Positions 46,012 through 55,367 of a DNA stretch of 64,000 bases are shown in pieces. The translations under genes and the position numbers were made by a program. Position 1 is the first letter of the stretch. Every line of letters starts with the position of its first letter. The notes beneath the pieces were generated by a model. The model saw nothing but the letters and a program-made list of their open reading frames with translations. It searched no databases and had not been told where the DNA came from. The stretch lies in assembly GCF_044324875.1 (NCBI RefSeq), contig NZ_CP172185.1, one strand, 5' to 3'. The stretch comes from Escherichia coli. GTDB lineage: Bacteria > Pseudomonadota > Gammaproteobacteria > Enterobacterales > Enterobacteriaceae.

Positions 46012-46899
46012 TTATTCACCGCGCAGGATCTGGCGGAAATGGGAAACCAGCGGACGTTGGTTGGCTTTATGCCAGGCTGCCCATAATTGCGTTGAATAAT
46101 TCATCCACGGCAATTCACGTAATACCACCCCTTCCGGCGCATTATGACGCAGACTATTTTGAATTAAGGCCAGACCTAATCCCGCAGCGACCAAACCTAA
46201 TGCCGTGAGGGGTTCACCCGCTTCCAGGCGAATATCAGGATTAAACCCGGCGTTAACACAGGCGGCGACAAAATGATCGCGAGAATGCGCATCGTCGTTA
46301 TGAATCACCGCAATCCACTGCTCATCGCCAAGTTGTGACGCGACAAGGTTTTCCTCCTGCGCCAGAGGATGATTTTGCGGTAAGGCCAACAACATTCGAT
46401 CATCCAGAACCTGAATATATTCCAGATCCTGCTCGCTGTCGGTGGGCGGCGTATCGACCAGAGAAAAATCGAGACTGCGCTGACGCAGGCCTTCAATCTG
46501 GGTAGCCGGTGGTTGGCTGTAAAGAGCGATATGCACATTCGGACGCGATACACGTAACGTACGTAGCGCCGTAGAAAGCACACCGGAATGCATGGCGTTT
46601 TCGATATAGCCAATACACAAGCCACCATCTTCCCCCCGTCCCAGGCGTTTGCCTAACGACTCCAGGCGGTTGGCGTGTGTCAGCAACGAACGTGTTTCGG
46701 CAAGGAATGTCTGTCCATCAGCGGTCAGGCGAATGCGCTGCTGATTACGCTCAAACAGCGTCAGTCCCAGCCGTTCTTCCAGTTGTGCAATCTGGCGGCT
46801 CAGCGGCGATTGCGAGATATGTAATCGCTCGGCTGCGCGTCCCACGTGCTCTTCTTCTGCGACCACCACGAAGTACTTCAGTTGGCGTAAATCAATCAT
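46012..46899 (-). CDS. LysR-family transcriptional regulator
   Basis: MIDLRQLKYFVVVAEEEHVGRAAERLHISQSPLSRQIAQLEERLGLTLFERNQQRIRLT N-terminal HTH, followed by an effector-binding domain; divergent from the aldo-keto reductase gene. Confidence 0.85.
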   Translation of the reverse strand: MIDLRQLKYFVVVAEEEHVGRAAERLHISQSPLSRQIAQLEERLGLTLFERNQQRIRLTADGQTFLAETRSLLTHANRLESLGKRLGRGEDGGLCIGYIENAMHSGVLSTALRTLRVSRPNVHIALYSQPPATQIEGLRQRSLDFSLVDTPPTDSEQDLEYIQVLDDRMLLALPQNHPLAQEENLVASQLGDEQWIAVIHNDDAHSRDHFVAACVNAGFNPDIRLEAGEPLTALGLVAAGLGLALIQNSLRHNAPEGVVLRELPWMNYSTQLWAAWHKANQRPLVSHFRQILRGE

Positions 46900-47031
46900 G
46901 TTAGACCTCAAAGGACTTAAGTCAGACGAATTATGTCCTATCAAGTCACAACCTCGCAAGGTATTGTGATCCACGTCACAGGGCAATAGCAAAAAACGCC
47001 CGAACCCAAACCGAATAATTGAGGACATCTT

Positions 47032-48042
47032 ATGAGCATCAAAAATTTACTTCCCGGCAAAATTGGCTTAGGCGGCGCACCACTCGGCAACATGTTCCGT
47101 GCCATTCCGGAAGAAGAGGCCCACGCCACCGTGAGCGAAGCCTGGAACCTGGGTGTGCGTTACTTTGATACCGCGCCGCTGTACGGCTCTGGCCTTTCTG
47201 AAATCCGCATGGGTGAAGCGCTGTCTCAGTATCCACGCGATGAATACGTTCTGAGTAGCAAAGTCGGTCGCATCGTGCTGGACGAAATGGAAGATCCGGC
47301 AAAACGGGATTTCGGTGAAAAAGGTGGCCTGTTCGAACACGGCCTGAAAAACAAAATTCTGAATGACTACTCTGCTGACGCCACGCTGCGCTCGATTGAA
47401 GACAGCCTGAAACGCCTGAAAACAGATCGTCTGGATATTGTCTGGATCCACGACCCGGCGCAGGACTTCTACGGTGACAGCTGGCTGGAGCAGTTCAACA
47501 TAGCCCGTACCGGTGCGTTTCGTGCGCTGACGCGTTTGCGTGACGAAGGTGTGATTAAAGCCTGGGGACTGGGTGTCAACCGCGTCGAACCTTGCGAACT
47601 GACGCTGGCGCTGGACGAACCGAAGCCGGATGCGTTCCTGCTGGCGGGGCGTTATTCCCTGCTGGATCACGAACGTGCGCTGCAACGCCTGATGCCAGAA
47701 GCACTGGAACAGAACGTGGATATTGTTGTGGGCGGTCCGTACAGCTCTGGCGTACTGGCAGGCGGCGAGCACTTTGAATATCAGAAAGCTTCTGCGGCCA
47801 TCCAGCAGAAAGTGGCGCAAATTAACGCCATTGCCACACGTTTCAATGTGAACGTTAAAGCGGCTGCGCTGCAGTTCGCGCTGGCAAACCCGGCCGTTGC
47901 AGCGGTTATTCCTGGCTCCAGCCGTCCTGGCCGTATGGCAGAAGATCTGGCTGCACTGAATGCGCCTGTTCCGGCTGAATTCTGGGCAGAAATGCGCCGT
48001 CAAAATCTGGTTGCGGAAAACGCTCCGCTGCCGACCCGTTAA
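47032..48042 (+). CDS. Aldo-keto reductase family oxidoreductase (336 aa)
   Basis: N-terminal GLGGAPLGNMF...EAWNLGVRYFDTAPLYGSGLSE pattern typical of the AKR fold. Confidence 0.85.
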   Translation: MSIKNLLPGKIGLGGAPLGNMFRAIPEEEAHATVSEAWNLGVRYFDTAPLYGSGLSEIRMGEALSQYPRDEYVLSSKVGRIVLDEMEDPAKRDFGEKGGLFEHGLKNKILNDYSADATLRSIEDSLKRLKTDRLDIVWIHDPAQDFYGDSWLEQFNIARTGAFRALTRLRDEGVIKAWGLGVNRVEPCELTLALDEPKPDAFLLAGRYSLLDHERALQRLMPEALEQNVDIVVGGPYSSGVLAGGEHFEYQKASAAIQQKVAQINAIATRFNVNVKAAALQFALANPAVAAVIPGSSRPGRMAEDLAALNAPVPAEFWAEMRRQNLVAENAPLPTR

Positions 48043-48061
48043 TCAACCTGGTGAGAAAACG

Positions 48062-48858
48062 ATGAAACTGGATCTGACAGGTAAAGTCGCGGTGGTCAGC
48101 GGCTCAACCTCCGGCATTGGGCAGGGTATCGCCGCCGGACTGGCAAAAGCAGGCGCAACGGTGGTTGTCGTCGGCCGTAAACAGCGCGGCGTTGATGATG
48201 CCATGGCTGCGATTGCGGCACAAACTCCCACGGCGTCACTGCGCGGCGTGGTGGCCGATCTCAGCACCGAAGACGGCGTGGCTGCGCTGATCGCTGCAGT
48301 CCCAACGGCTGATGTGCTGGTCAATAATCTGGGCATTTTTAACGATAAAGATTTCTTTAGCGTTCCGGATGATGAGTGGATGCACTTCTATAACGTCAAC
48401 GTCCTCTCCGGCGTTCGTCTGGCGCGTCACTATGCGCCAGGCATGACGGAACAGGGCTGGGGCGGATTATCTTTGTCTCGTCTGAATCCGGCGTGGCAAT
48501 TCCTGGCGACATGATCAACTACGGCGTCACCAAAGCCGCGAATCTGGCGGTTTCTCATGGTCTGGCGAAACGACTGGCAGGGACCGGTGTGACCGTCAAC
48601 GCCATTCTGCCAGGGCCAACCTTTACCGATGGCCTGAAAGAGATGCTGGCGGATGCCGCTGCACAATCGGGACGCAGTGCGCGTGAACAGGCCGATGAGT
48701 TTGTTAAAACCTCGCGTCCGAGCTCCATCATCCAGCGTGCGGCGGATGTGGAAGAAGTGGCGAATCTGGCGGTTTATCTCGCGTCACCGCTTTCCTCGGC
48801 AACCACAGGGGCAGCCCTGCGCGTCGATGGCGGCGTCGTCGACACCCTGACAATGTAA
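48062..48858 (+). pseudogene. Short-chain dehydrogenase/reductase (SDR) interrupted by a frameshift near 48461-48466
   Basis: N-terminal half (MKLDLTGKVAVVSGSTSGIGQGIAAG..., Rossmann TGxxxGIG motif) is in one frame and ends prematurely; the catalytic half (...RIIFVSSESGVAIPGDMINYGVTKAA... with YxxxK) continues in another frame; the nucleotide context ggctggggcgga looks like a single-base indel. Confidence 0.7.
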
Positions 48859-48883
48859 CCCTATAAATTAAGAGAAAATTATC

Positions 48884-49300
48884 ATGGCTAAAACAACTGT
48901 ATCGATCGAAATTCCGGCTTCTGCCGACGCCGTATGGCAATTGATGGGCGGCTTTGATGCGCTGCCAGACTGGCTGCCGTTCATCCCGAAAAGCGTAGTG
49001 ACAGAAGGCGGTCGCGTTCGTTCGCTGACAACCTCTGACGGCGGCACTGTGGTTGAACGTCTGGAAGCGTTTGATAACCGTCAACGCAGTTATACCTATT
49101 CCATTATTCAGGCACCGTTCCCGGTGGTGGATTACCTCTCCACCATTACCGTTCATGAAACCGCCGACAGCCAGGTTTCCCGTGTGGAATGGTTCGGTGA
49201 ATTCACCCCGGTGAATGTGACGAACGAAGAGGCCGAAGCGCTGTTTACCGGCATCTATCGGGATGGTCTCAAGGCGCTGAAGGACAACTTTGTTGCCTGA
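48884..49300 (+). CDS. SRPBCC (Bet v1 / polyketide-cyclase-like) ligand-binding protein, 138 aa
   Basis: Size and the AVWQLMGGFDALPDWLP pattern resemble SRPBCC-fold proteins; assigned on composition and pattern only. Confidence 0.6.
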   Translation: MAKTTVSIEIPASADAVWQLMGGFDALPDWLPFIPKSVVTEGGRVRSLTTSDGGTVVERLEAFDNRQRSYTYSIIQAPFPVVDYLSTITVHETADSQVSRVEWFGEFTPVNVTNEEAEALFTGIYRDGLKALKDNFVA

Positions 49301-49457
49301 TGCGATCGACAGGCGTCGGAACGTCCGGCGTCTGATTATTAACAAAAACAGAATAGTCTATTGCCATTTGTATCATTTATGTTATCAGGCAGTAGGCGTA
49401 TTCTCTCCCCATCGCGTTAATAAACGCCAAACAATTAAGACACTCTGGAATATAAAC

Positions 49458-49670
49458 ATGAAAACGATCATCGCAATTTTTACGGCTTCTCTTTTCTCTG
49501 TCGCGGCGTTTAACGCATCGGCGCAAAGCGTGACAGCAACCGGTACAACACTGGATTCCGCTGAAGCGGTTATTGCGCAGAAAGCGAAAGAGATGAACGC
49601 CTCTGAATACAAAATTACCAGCGCTCGCATGGGCAATACCGTCACCATGAGTGCCGAACTGTACAAATAA
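49458..49670 (+). CDS. Small periplasmic DUF1471 (YdgH/BhsA/McbA-like) protein, 70 aa
   Basis: Signal peptide MKTIIAIFTASLFSVAAFNASA, then a ~50-aa domain ending in ...SAELYK, typical of this stress-associated family. Confidence 0.7.
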   Translation: MKTIIAIFTASLFSVAAFNASAQSVTATGTTLDSAEAVIAQKAKEMNASEYKITSARMGNTVTMSAELYK

Positions 49671-49718
49671 CCGCACGAGAGACCCATTACGTAATTTGCT
49701 AAATATGCGCTGAATGCG

Positions 49719-49990
49719 TTGCCATTAATAAACCGTATTGTAATGCCACCGATGACGCGTTCCCGTGCGGGTGACGTTGCGACTGACATAATGGCGGCCT
49801 ATTACGCGCAGCGCGCCAGTGCTGGACTTTTCATTAGCGAAGGTACGCAAATCAGCAGAAGCGCTGCGCATAATTTTCCACGGCACGCTGATTTACTCCG
49901 GTAAAGACACCAAAGCGCGCGCCGAACAGGCGCTGGCTAACGGCTAGTCGGATCTGATTGGATTTGGTCGTCCGTATAGTGCCAAAAGCG
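49719..49990 (+). pseudogene. Remnant of an old-yellow-enzyme (NemA-like NADH:flavin oxidoreductase) gene
   Basis: MPLINRIVMPPMTRSRA...DIMAAYYAQRASAGLFISEGTQIS matches the OYE N-terminal FMN-binding region but stops after about 60 codons; a downstream out-of-frame stretch (...DLIGFGRPY...) resembles the OYE C-terminus, consistent with an internal deletion. Confidence 0.55.
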
Positions 49991-50097
49991 GAAGTTGGTA
50001 GTTTCAGCCTATGTTGATAAACGGGGAGCCGGTCAGCACGTAAAGAGATTTTTTTGTACTGCTATGGCCCGATCAAAAATCGATTGAGCCGAATGTG

Positions 50098-50469
50098 CTA
50101 GCTATCTCCGAAGATAATTTTTTCGAGCTCCTGCAAGTCCTGCTGTGATTGCTCGTTAAGGTTAGCCTCTAACTTGTCGTACCATGTAAGCAGTTTCTTG
50201 CCAAGTGGTGTCAAAACCGAGCCTCCACCTTTACTGCCGCCTGTTGATGTAATTACCACCGGCTTACCTATGCCTTTATTGAGTGTATCAATCAGGAGCC
50301 ACGCCCTTTTATAGGGGATTCCCAGATCTTTTGCGGCAGCTGAAAGGGAATGAAACCCATCTATAGCTCGTAAAAGATCGATTTTCCCCGGTCCCAGCGA
50401 GATATTGTCATTAATGTAGATTCGGGGTCTGACCAAAATAAAATCAAACATAAGCGTTTTTTTATTCAT
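50098..50469 (-). CDS. ModE N-terminal-domain-like winged-helix regulator (about 120 aa)
   Basis: ...LSAAAKDLGIPYKRAWLLIDTLNKGIGKPVVITSTGGSKGGGSVLTPLGKKLL resembles the ModE N-terminal DNA-binding domain; start codon is ambiguous (Met at 50487, 50469 or 50451). Confidence 0.6.
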   Translation of the reverse strand: MNKKTLMFDFILVRPRIYINDNISLGPGKIDLLRAIDGFHSLSAAAKDLGIPYKRAWLLIDTLNKGIGKPVVITSTGGSKGGGSVLTPLGKKLLTWYDKLEANLNEQSQQDLQELEKIIFGDS

Positions 50470-50494
50470 TCTGAGAACTCCGTGCAAAGTATTT

Positions 50495-50914
50495 TTATCG
50501 GGTGTGTTTGAAAGTTTTGATGGCAGAAATAAGAAGGATCACACCAAGTAAAGTCATAAGGGCTTTAAGTGGGAACAAGCCGACCATAAGTCCACCAATT
50601 GCTGCACCAATTACTGAACCAATAACCATCCATACAAACAGTGTCCTTTCTTGCTTCAGAATCAGGAAAGCATCTGCATTTATATAACGGGAAAAGCCAA
50701 CAATCATTGTTGGCAGGCTAATCATCAGTGAAAGACTTCCGGCCAGTTTAATATCTTCCCCGAAAAGGATAACGATTGTGGGGATAAGAAGCTCTCCGCC
50801 AGCCACTCCGAGCAATGCTGCGACTATCCCGATAAAGCCCCCTGATACCACCCCCACAATAATCATGGCAAGGCCAGGTTGAAATAACCCGCCTGAAATA
50901 CTGTGCAACGGCAT
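50495..50914 (-). CDS. DUF81 (TauE/SafE sulfite-exporter family) permease, C-terminal half (139 aa)
   Basis: Four predicted transmembrane helices with the GVAGGELLIPTIV motif; starts at the codon immediately after the TAG that ends the upstream half, in the same frame. Confidence 0.65.
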   Translation of the reverse strand: MPLHSISGGLFQPGLAMIIVGVVSGGFIGIVAALLGVAGGELLIPTIVILFGEDIKLAGSLSLMISLPTMIVGFSRYINADAFLILKQERTLFVWMVIGSVIGAAIGGLMVGLFPLKALMTLLGVILLISAIKTFKHTR

Positions 50915-51301
50915 CTAGGCTTCAGAGAGCATGACAAAAGACAGTAAAACAAGCAGGATCAGAATGATTCTGTCCAGCCAGATTCTGGACATCTTTATGG
51001 CACGACCTGCGGCCCACCATGCTCCAATAAGACTTCCTGCCAGCAAATTTATGACAATATCAAGATGCGCCACCAACTGATCAAAAGATATAGATTTTGT
51101 TCGGAAAATTAAAGCAATAGCCACCACGGCGAGACTCATTGCTTTGTTAAAAATGACGGCTTCCAGAGAAGGGATTTTGAAACTACCGATCAGTACGGGA
51201 AGGCGAAATTCAGCCCCTCCGAGGCCAATCAACCCACCTAAAGCCCCTATTACCGCGCCTGAGAAAAAACCTTTACCATTCCTGTTTGAAACTGACGACA
51301 T
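50915..51301 (-). CDS. DUF81 (TauE/SafE family) permease, N-terminal half (128 aa)
   Basis: Four predicted transmembrane helices with the GLGGAEFRLPVLI motif; ends at a TAG that is immediately followed in frame by the ATG of the second half. Confidence 0.65.
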   Translation of the reverse strand: MSSVSNRNGKGFFSGAVIGALGGLIGLGGAEFRLPVLIGSFKIPSLEAVIFNKAMSLAVVAIALIFRTKSISFDQLVAHLDIVINLLAGSLIGAWWAAGRAIKMSRIWLDRIILILLVLLSFVMLSEA

Positions 51302-51714
51302 GCGTTCCTCTCTAATTCGTTATGTCTTTTTTGACATAACGACAAGCATAGCATTGCAGAACAGGCGTCTGGTAGTTGCTTGTAAAGACGAGGATTGATC
51401 CAGGTTAAAATTTATTCTATTAACCTGCTCTCCGTTGTTTAACACACCACGATTTATGTGATGCTTTCATGAGAAATTAAAACAACTAAGAACTTCCGCT
51501 TCTCGCTCGAAGCGGACTGTCAGATTTGATTGCATTCTGGCTACGCAACTGGTCGGTTGGAGTATGAAGTTGCTCACGAATAGCCTTAGCATCCGCAATT
51601 TCGTAGCGGGTCACCCGTGCAGGTTCTTTCTAATCTCAACAGCCTCTTCCAGAGAGTTTTTCAACTCATCAAAAAACTCAATTTATACCTCGCCTTTGAG
51701 CCGTTTCATCACGG

Positions 51715-52947
51715 TTATCTCTGCTCCCCCATCATCTCCCGCACAAGTTCCACGCAGCGCAGGAAACGGCTGTCATAATCGTCCTCTTCAACACGCACGA
51801 ATTCGATATTGTTCTCTTCCAGCATCTCCACCAGCAAGTTCTGGAACTCTTTGCGATCCACCGAACTACCGAGGCTGCGTAAACCATCCGCCACCCACGG
51901 GGTGTTGTTCTCCAGCAAGATAACCAGATCAAAACGGTATTCATCAATCAGCGCCTGCACGAACGGATGCTCACGCCCTTCGTACTTTTTGCAGAACGCC
52001 TGGGTAGTGACAAAATCAGTGTCGATAAACGCCACTTTATTGGCGTATTTCACTGCAAAATCAATATATTGCGCGTGTCCCAGCGCGATTTTATCGTAGT
52101 CAGAATACTGCAATGCGATCTCATCACCGCCGAGGTGTGAAAAGACATAATCGCGACCATATTCCCACGCACTGGTGGTATTGAAGATATTGGCAAGTTT
52201 GTTTACCAGGGTGGATTTACCGCTCGACTCGCCGCCAAGGATCGCCACGGTACGCACAAAAAACGGCTTCACTTCAGTGGGGATATATTCCCAGTAGCGG
52301 AACGGGTTTTCGCGGATCTGCGCACCGCTGATACTCATAAAGGTGCGTTTCGGATCGACCAGCACCGTTTCGATCCCCAGATGTTCCATATACTGTGGCG
52401 CATCGGCTTCTTCCGAGGTGTAGATCAGGTCCGGCTGGATCCCCTTTTCAGCCATAAACTTTTTGATGCCATTGCTCCACACATCCCAGCCGTGCGGATA
52501 TGGCTCCATGCCCTCTTCGTTGAAAGCATGAATACGGATATTTTTCTGATATTTAAAGGTTTGCAATAACCAGCGCAGACGATCCGGCACGGTGGGCTGC
52601 TGCGACATGGCGCTGTCTTCAAACAACGCACGGTCACGGGTATCGTCAAAGCCCATAATGATATGCAGCTCGTCAACCTGGCTACAGGCGCGCTGGATAA
52701 GGTAGATATGTCCGGTATGTAGCGGGTAGAACTTACCGAATACGACACCAATGGTTTTCTTCTGCCGGGGAAATTCAAGCCCCAAAAAACGGTGCAACGC
52801 CTCCAGCTTTTGCGCGCTGGGGCTTTTAATTTTGGCATTCAGTAACTGGCTTAAATACCCTTTGGTCATACCGCTGGCATCAGCTACCTGCTGTAGCGTG
52901 CAGCCCTGTTGCTTGATGGCAGTTTTCAGGTAATCAAATGACGACAT
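51715..52947 (-). CDS. nadR: Trifunctional NAD biosynthesis/regulator protein NadR
   Basis: MSSFDYLKTAIKQQGCTLQQVADASGMTKGYLSQLLNAK HTH, followed by NMN adenylyltransferase and ribosylnicotinamide kinase (P-loop GGESSGKST) domains. Confidence 0.95.
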   Translation of the reverse strand: MSSFDYLKTAIKQQGCTLQQVADASGMTKGYLSQLLNAKIKSPSAQKLEALHRFLGLEFPRQKKTIGVVFGKFYPLHTGHIYLIQRACSQVDELHIIMGFDDTRDRALFEDSAMSQQPTVPDRLRWLLQTFKYQKNIRIHAFNEEGMEPYPHGWDVWSNGIKKFMAEKGIQPDLIYTSEEADAPQYMEHLGIETVLVDPKRTFMSISGAQIRENPFRYWEYIPTEVKPFFVRTVAILGGESSGKSTLVNKLANIFNTTSAWEYGRDYVFSHLGGDEIALQYSDYDKIALGHAQYIDFAVKYANKVAFIDTDFVTTQAFCKKYEGREHPFVQALIDEYRFDLVILLENNTPWVADGLRSLGSSVDRKEFQNLLVEMLEENNIEFVRVEEDDYDSRFLRCVELVREMMGEQR

Positions 52948-52967
52948 ATCTCCCTCCGTATCTCTCA

Positions 52968-54350
52968 TTATAAGTCGTCGAACACGCTAAGCGCGTCGGA
53001 GAGTTTTTTAACGCCAAAAATCTGCATCCCTTCCGGCGCTTTTTTCGGCACGTTAGCCGCCGGAACAATCGCCCGCCGAAAACCGTGTTTCGCCGCTTCA
53101 GAGATTCGTTCCTGGCCGCTGGGCACCGGGCGGATCTCCCCTGCCAGCCCGACTTCACCAAACACCACCAGATCCTGCGGTAGCGGTCTATCACGCAGGC
53201 TGGAAACCATCGCCAGCAGTAACGCTAAGTCGGCACTGGTTTCCGTCACCTTCACGCCGCCGACCACGTTAACAAATACATCCTGATCGGCCATTTGCAA
53301 CCCACCGTGACGGTGCAGCACCGCCAGCAGGATTGCCAGACGGTTTTGCTCCAGCCCTACTGCGACGCGGCGTGGATTCGCCATCATCGAGTGATCGACC
53401 AATGCCTGGATCTCCACCAGCAGTGGACGCGTTCCTTCCCATACCACCATCACTGAGCTACCGGAGGTCACTTCATCACCGCGGCTTAAAAAGATGGCGG
53501 AAGGGTTGCTAACTTCACGCAGCCCCTGTTCGGTCATCGCGAAGACGCCCAGCTCATTCACCGCGCCGAAGCGGTTTTTATGGCTGCGTAAGGTGCGAAA
53601 ACGGGAGTCGGCATCGCCATCCAGAAGCACCGAACAGTCGATACAGTGTTCCAGCACTTTAGGGCCAGCCAGCGAGCCATCTTTGGTTACGTGCCCAACC
53701 ATGACAATCGCCACACCGCGCGTTTTGGCGAAGCGCGTCAGATAAGCCGCCGTTTCACGCACCTGCGCCACGCTGCCAGGCGATGACTGAACATCCGCCA
53801 TATGCATCACCTGGATCGAGTCAATTACCATCAGCTTCGGTTGCTCTTCTTCGGCAATCAGGCAGATTTGTTCGATGCTGGTTTCAGACAGCATATTGAG
53901 ATTGTCAGTCGGCAGGCCAAGGCGATGAGCGCGCATTGCCACCTGTTGCAGCGACTCTTCGCCGGTGACATACAGCGTTTTCATCTGCTGGGCCAGTTTG
54001 CACAGCGTTTGCAACAGCAGCGTGGATTTCCCCGCGCCTGGGTTACCGCCAATCAGAATGGCGCTTCCCGGCACCACCCCGCCGCCTAATACGCGGTCGA
54101 ACTCTTTAAATCCGGTGGAAAAACGCGGCAGCTCTTCAAGGCTGATGTCGGAAAGTTTCTGGACTTTTGCCACCCCGGCGCTACCGGCATAGCCACTGAG
54201 ACGCTCGTTACGCGCCACCGTTGGCGACGCTGCAAGACGCACCTCGGTGATGGTGTTCCAGGCATGACAGGCGCTGCACTGCCCCTGCCAGCGCGGATAA
54301 TCGGCCCCGCATTCATTACAAACAAAGGCGCGTTTTGGAGCTTTTGCCAC
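52968..54350 (-). CDS. radA: DNA repair protein RadA (Sms)
   Basis: GTG start (VAKAPKRAFVCNECGADYPRWQGQCSACHAWNTITE zinc finger), RecA-like P-loop GGNPGAGKSTLLLQ and a Lon-like C-terminus. Confidence 0.95.
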   Translation of the reverse strand: MAKAPKRAFVCNECGADYPRWQGQCSACHAWNTITEVRLAASPTVARNERLSGYAGSAGVAKVQKLSDISLEELPRFSTGFKEFDRVLGGGVVPGSAILIGGNPGAGKSTLLLQTLCKLAQQMKTLYVTGEESLQQVAMRAHRLGLPTDNLNMLSETSIEQICLIAEEEQPKLMVIDSIQVMHMADVQSSPGSVAQVRETAAYLTRFAKTRGVAIVMVGHVTKDGSLAGPKVLEHCIDCSVLLDGDADSRFRTLRSHKNRFGAVNELGVFAMTEQGLREVSNPSAIFLSRGDEVTSGSSVMVVWEGTRPLLVEIQALVDHSMMANPRRVAVGLEQNRLAILLAVLHRHGGLQMADQDVFVNVVGGVKVTETSADLALLLAMVSSLRDRPLPQDLVVFGEVGLAGEIRPVPSGQERISEAAKHGFRRAIVPAANVPKKAPEGMQIFGVKKLSDALSVFDDL

Positions 54351-54398
54351 GGTGTACCTCGTTAATGCTGTGCCGCCCGCAGGATGACGGGCGAGCAA

Positions 54399-55367
54399 TT
54401 ACTTCTGATTCAGGCTGCCAGAGAGGATGCAGAATACCCCCATCAGGTCAGCGTGACGGATGGTGACTTCCGTCTTTTCATTCACTTTTGGCTTGGCATG
54501 GTAGGCAATCCCCAGCCCTGCCGCTTTGATCATCGGCAGGTCATTGGCTCCATCACCAATCGCCACGGTCTGCGCCAGCGGGATTTCATACTCCTGCGCG
54601 AGGCGAGTCAGAGTTTTCGCTTTGTACTGCGCGTCTACGATGTCGCCGATCACATTGCCGGTAAATTTACCGTCCATGATCTCCAGTTCATTGGCTACCA
54701 CGGCTGTCAGGCGCAGCTTGTCGCGCAGGTATTCAGCAAAGAAAGTAAAGCCACCGGAGGCAATCGCCACTTTCCAGCCCAGCGTTTCCAGCTTGAGTAC
54801 CAGTTGCGTTAAGCCTGGCATCAGCGGCAGATTTTCACGCACCTGTTGCAGAATATTGGCGTCAGCGCCTTTCAGCGTCGCCACGCGGCTGCGCAGGCTG
54901 GCGGTAAAATCGAGTTCGCCGCGCATCGCCCGTTCGGTTACCTCCGCCACCATCTCGCCCGTTCCGGCCAGTTTGGCAATTTCATCAATACATTCAATCT
55001 GGATGGCGGTGGAATCCATGTCCATCACCAGCAAACCCGGCGTGCGCAGGTGCGGGATTTTCCCCAGCGGCGCGACATCCAGCTGCGCTTCGTGAGCCAG
55101 GCGCGTAGCCCGCGCGGTGAGTGAACCTGCCAGACGAATCACCTGATAATCTTCCACGCACCAGGCGGCAACAATCACCATCGCCGCGCCCAGTTTGCTC
55201 TGGTATTGGGTCAGACGTTGTTTATCCAGCCCACGACCATACAGCAGCCAGCCGCTACGACCTGCGTGGTAATCCAGTGGCATCACTTCATCACCACTTA
55301 ATGAAAGAGGCAGCCCCGGCCATAAAGAGACATCTTCAGGCAGGTCGCACCAGGTAATGTTAGGCAT
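54399..55367 (-). CDS. serB: Phosphoserine phosphatase
   Basis: MPNITWCDLPEDVSLWPGLPLSLSGDEVMPLDYHAGRSGWLLYGRG... with the HAD motif DMDSTAI; 322 aa from the internal Met. Confidence 0.95.
   Translation of the reverse strand: MPNITWCDLPEDVSLWPGLPLSLSGDEVMPLDYHAGRSGWLLYGRGLDKQRLTQYQSKLGAAMVIVAAWCVEDYQVIRLAGSLTARATRLAHEAQLDVAPLGKIPHLRTPGLLVMDMDSTAIQIECIDEIAKLAGTGEMVAEVTERAMRGELDFTASLRSRVATLKGADANILQQVRENLPLMPGLTQLVLKLETLGWKVAIASGGFTFFAEYLRDKLRLTAVVANELEIMDGKFTGNVIGDIVDAQYKAKTLTRLAQEYEIPLAQTVAIGDGANDLPMIKAAGLGIAYHAKPKVNEKTEVTIRHADLMGVFCILSGSLNQK

Noticed and set aside
47068-48003. 311-aa minus-strand ORF
   Set aside because: Antisense within the aldo-keto reductase gene, which has clear family motifs on the + strand.
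51564-51923. 119-aa + strand ORF
   Set aside because: Overlaps the 3' end of nadR antisense and a border region with fragmented frames; Pro/Ser-rich low-complexity translation.
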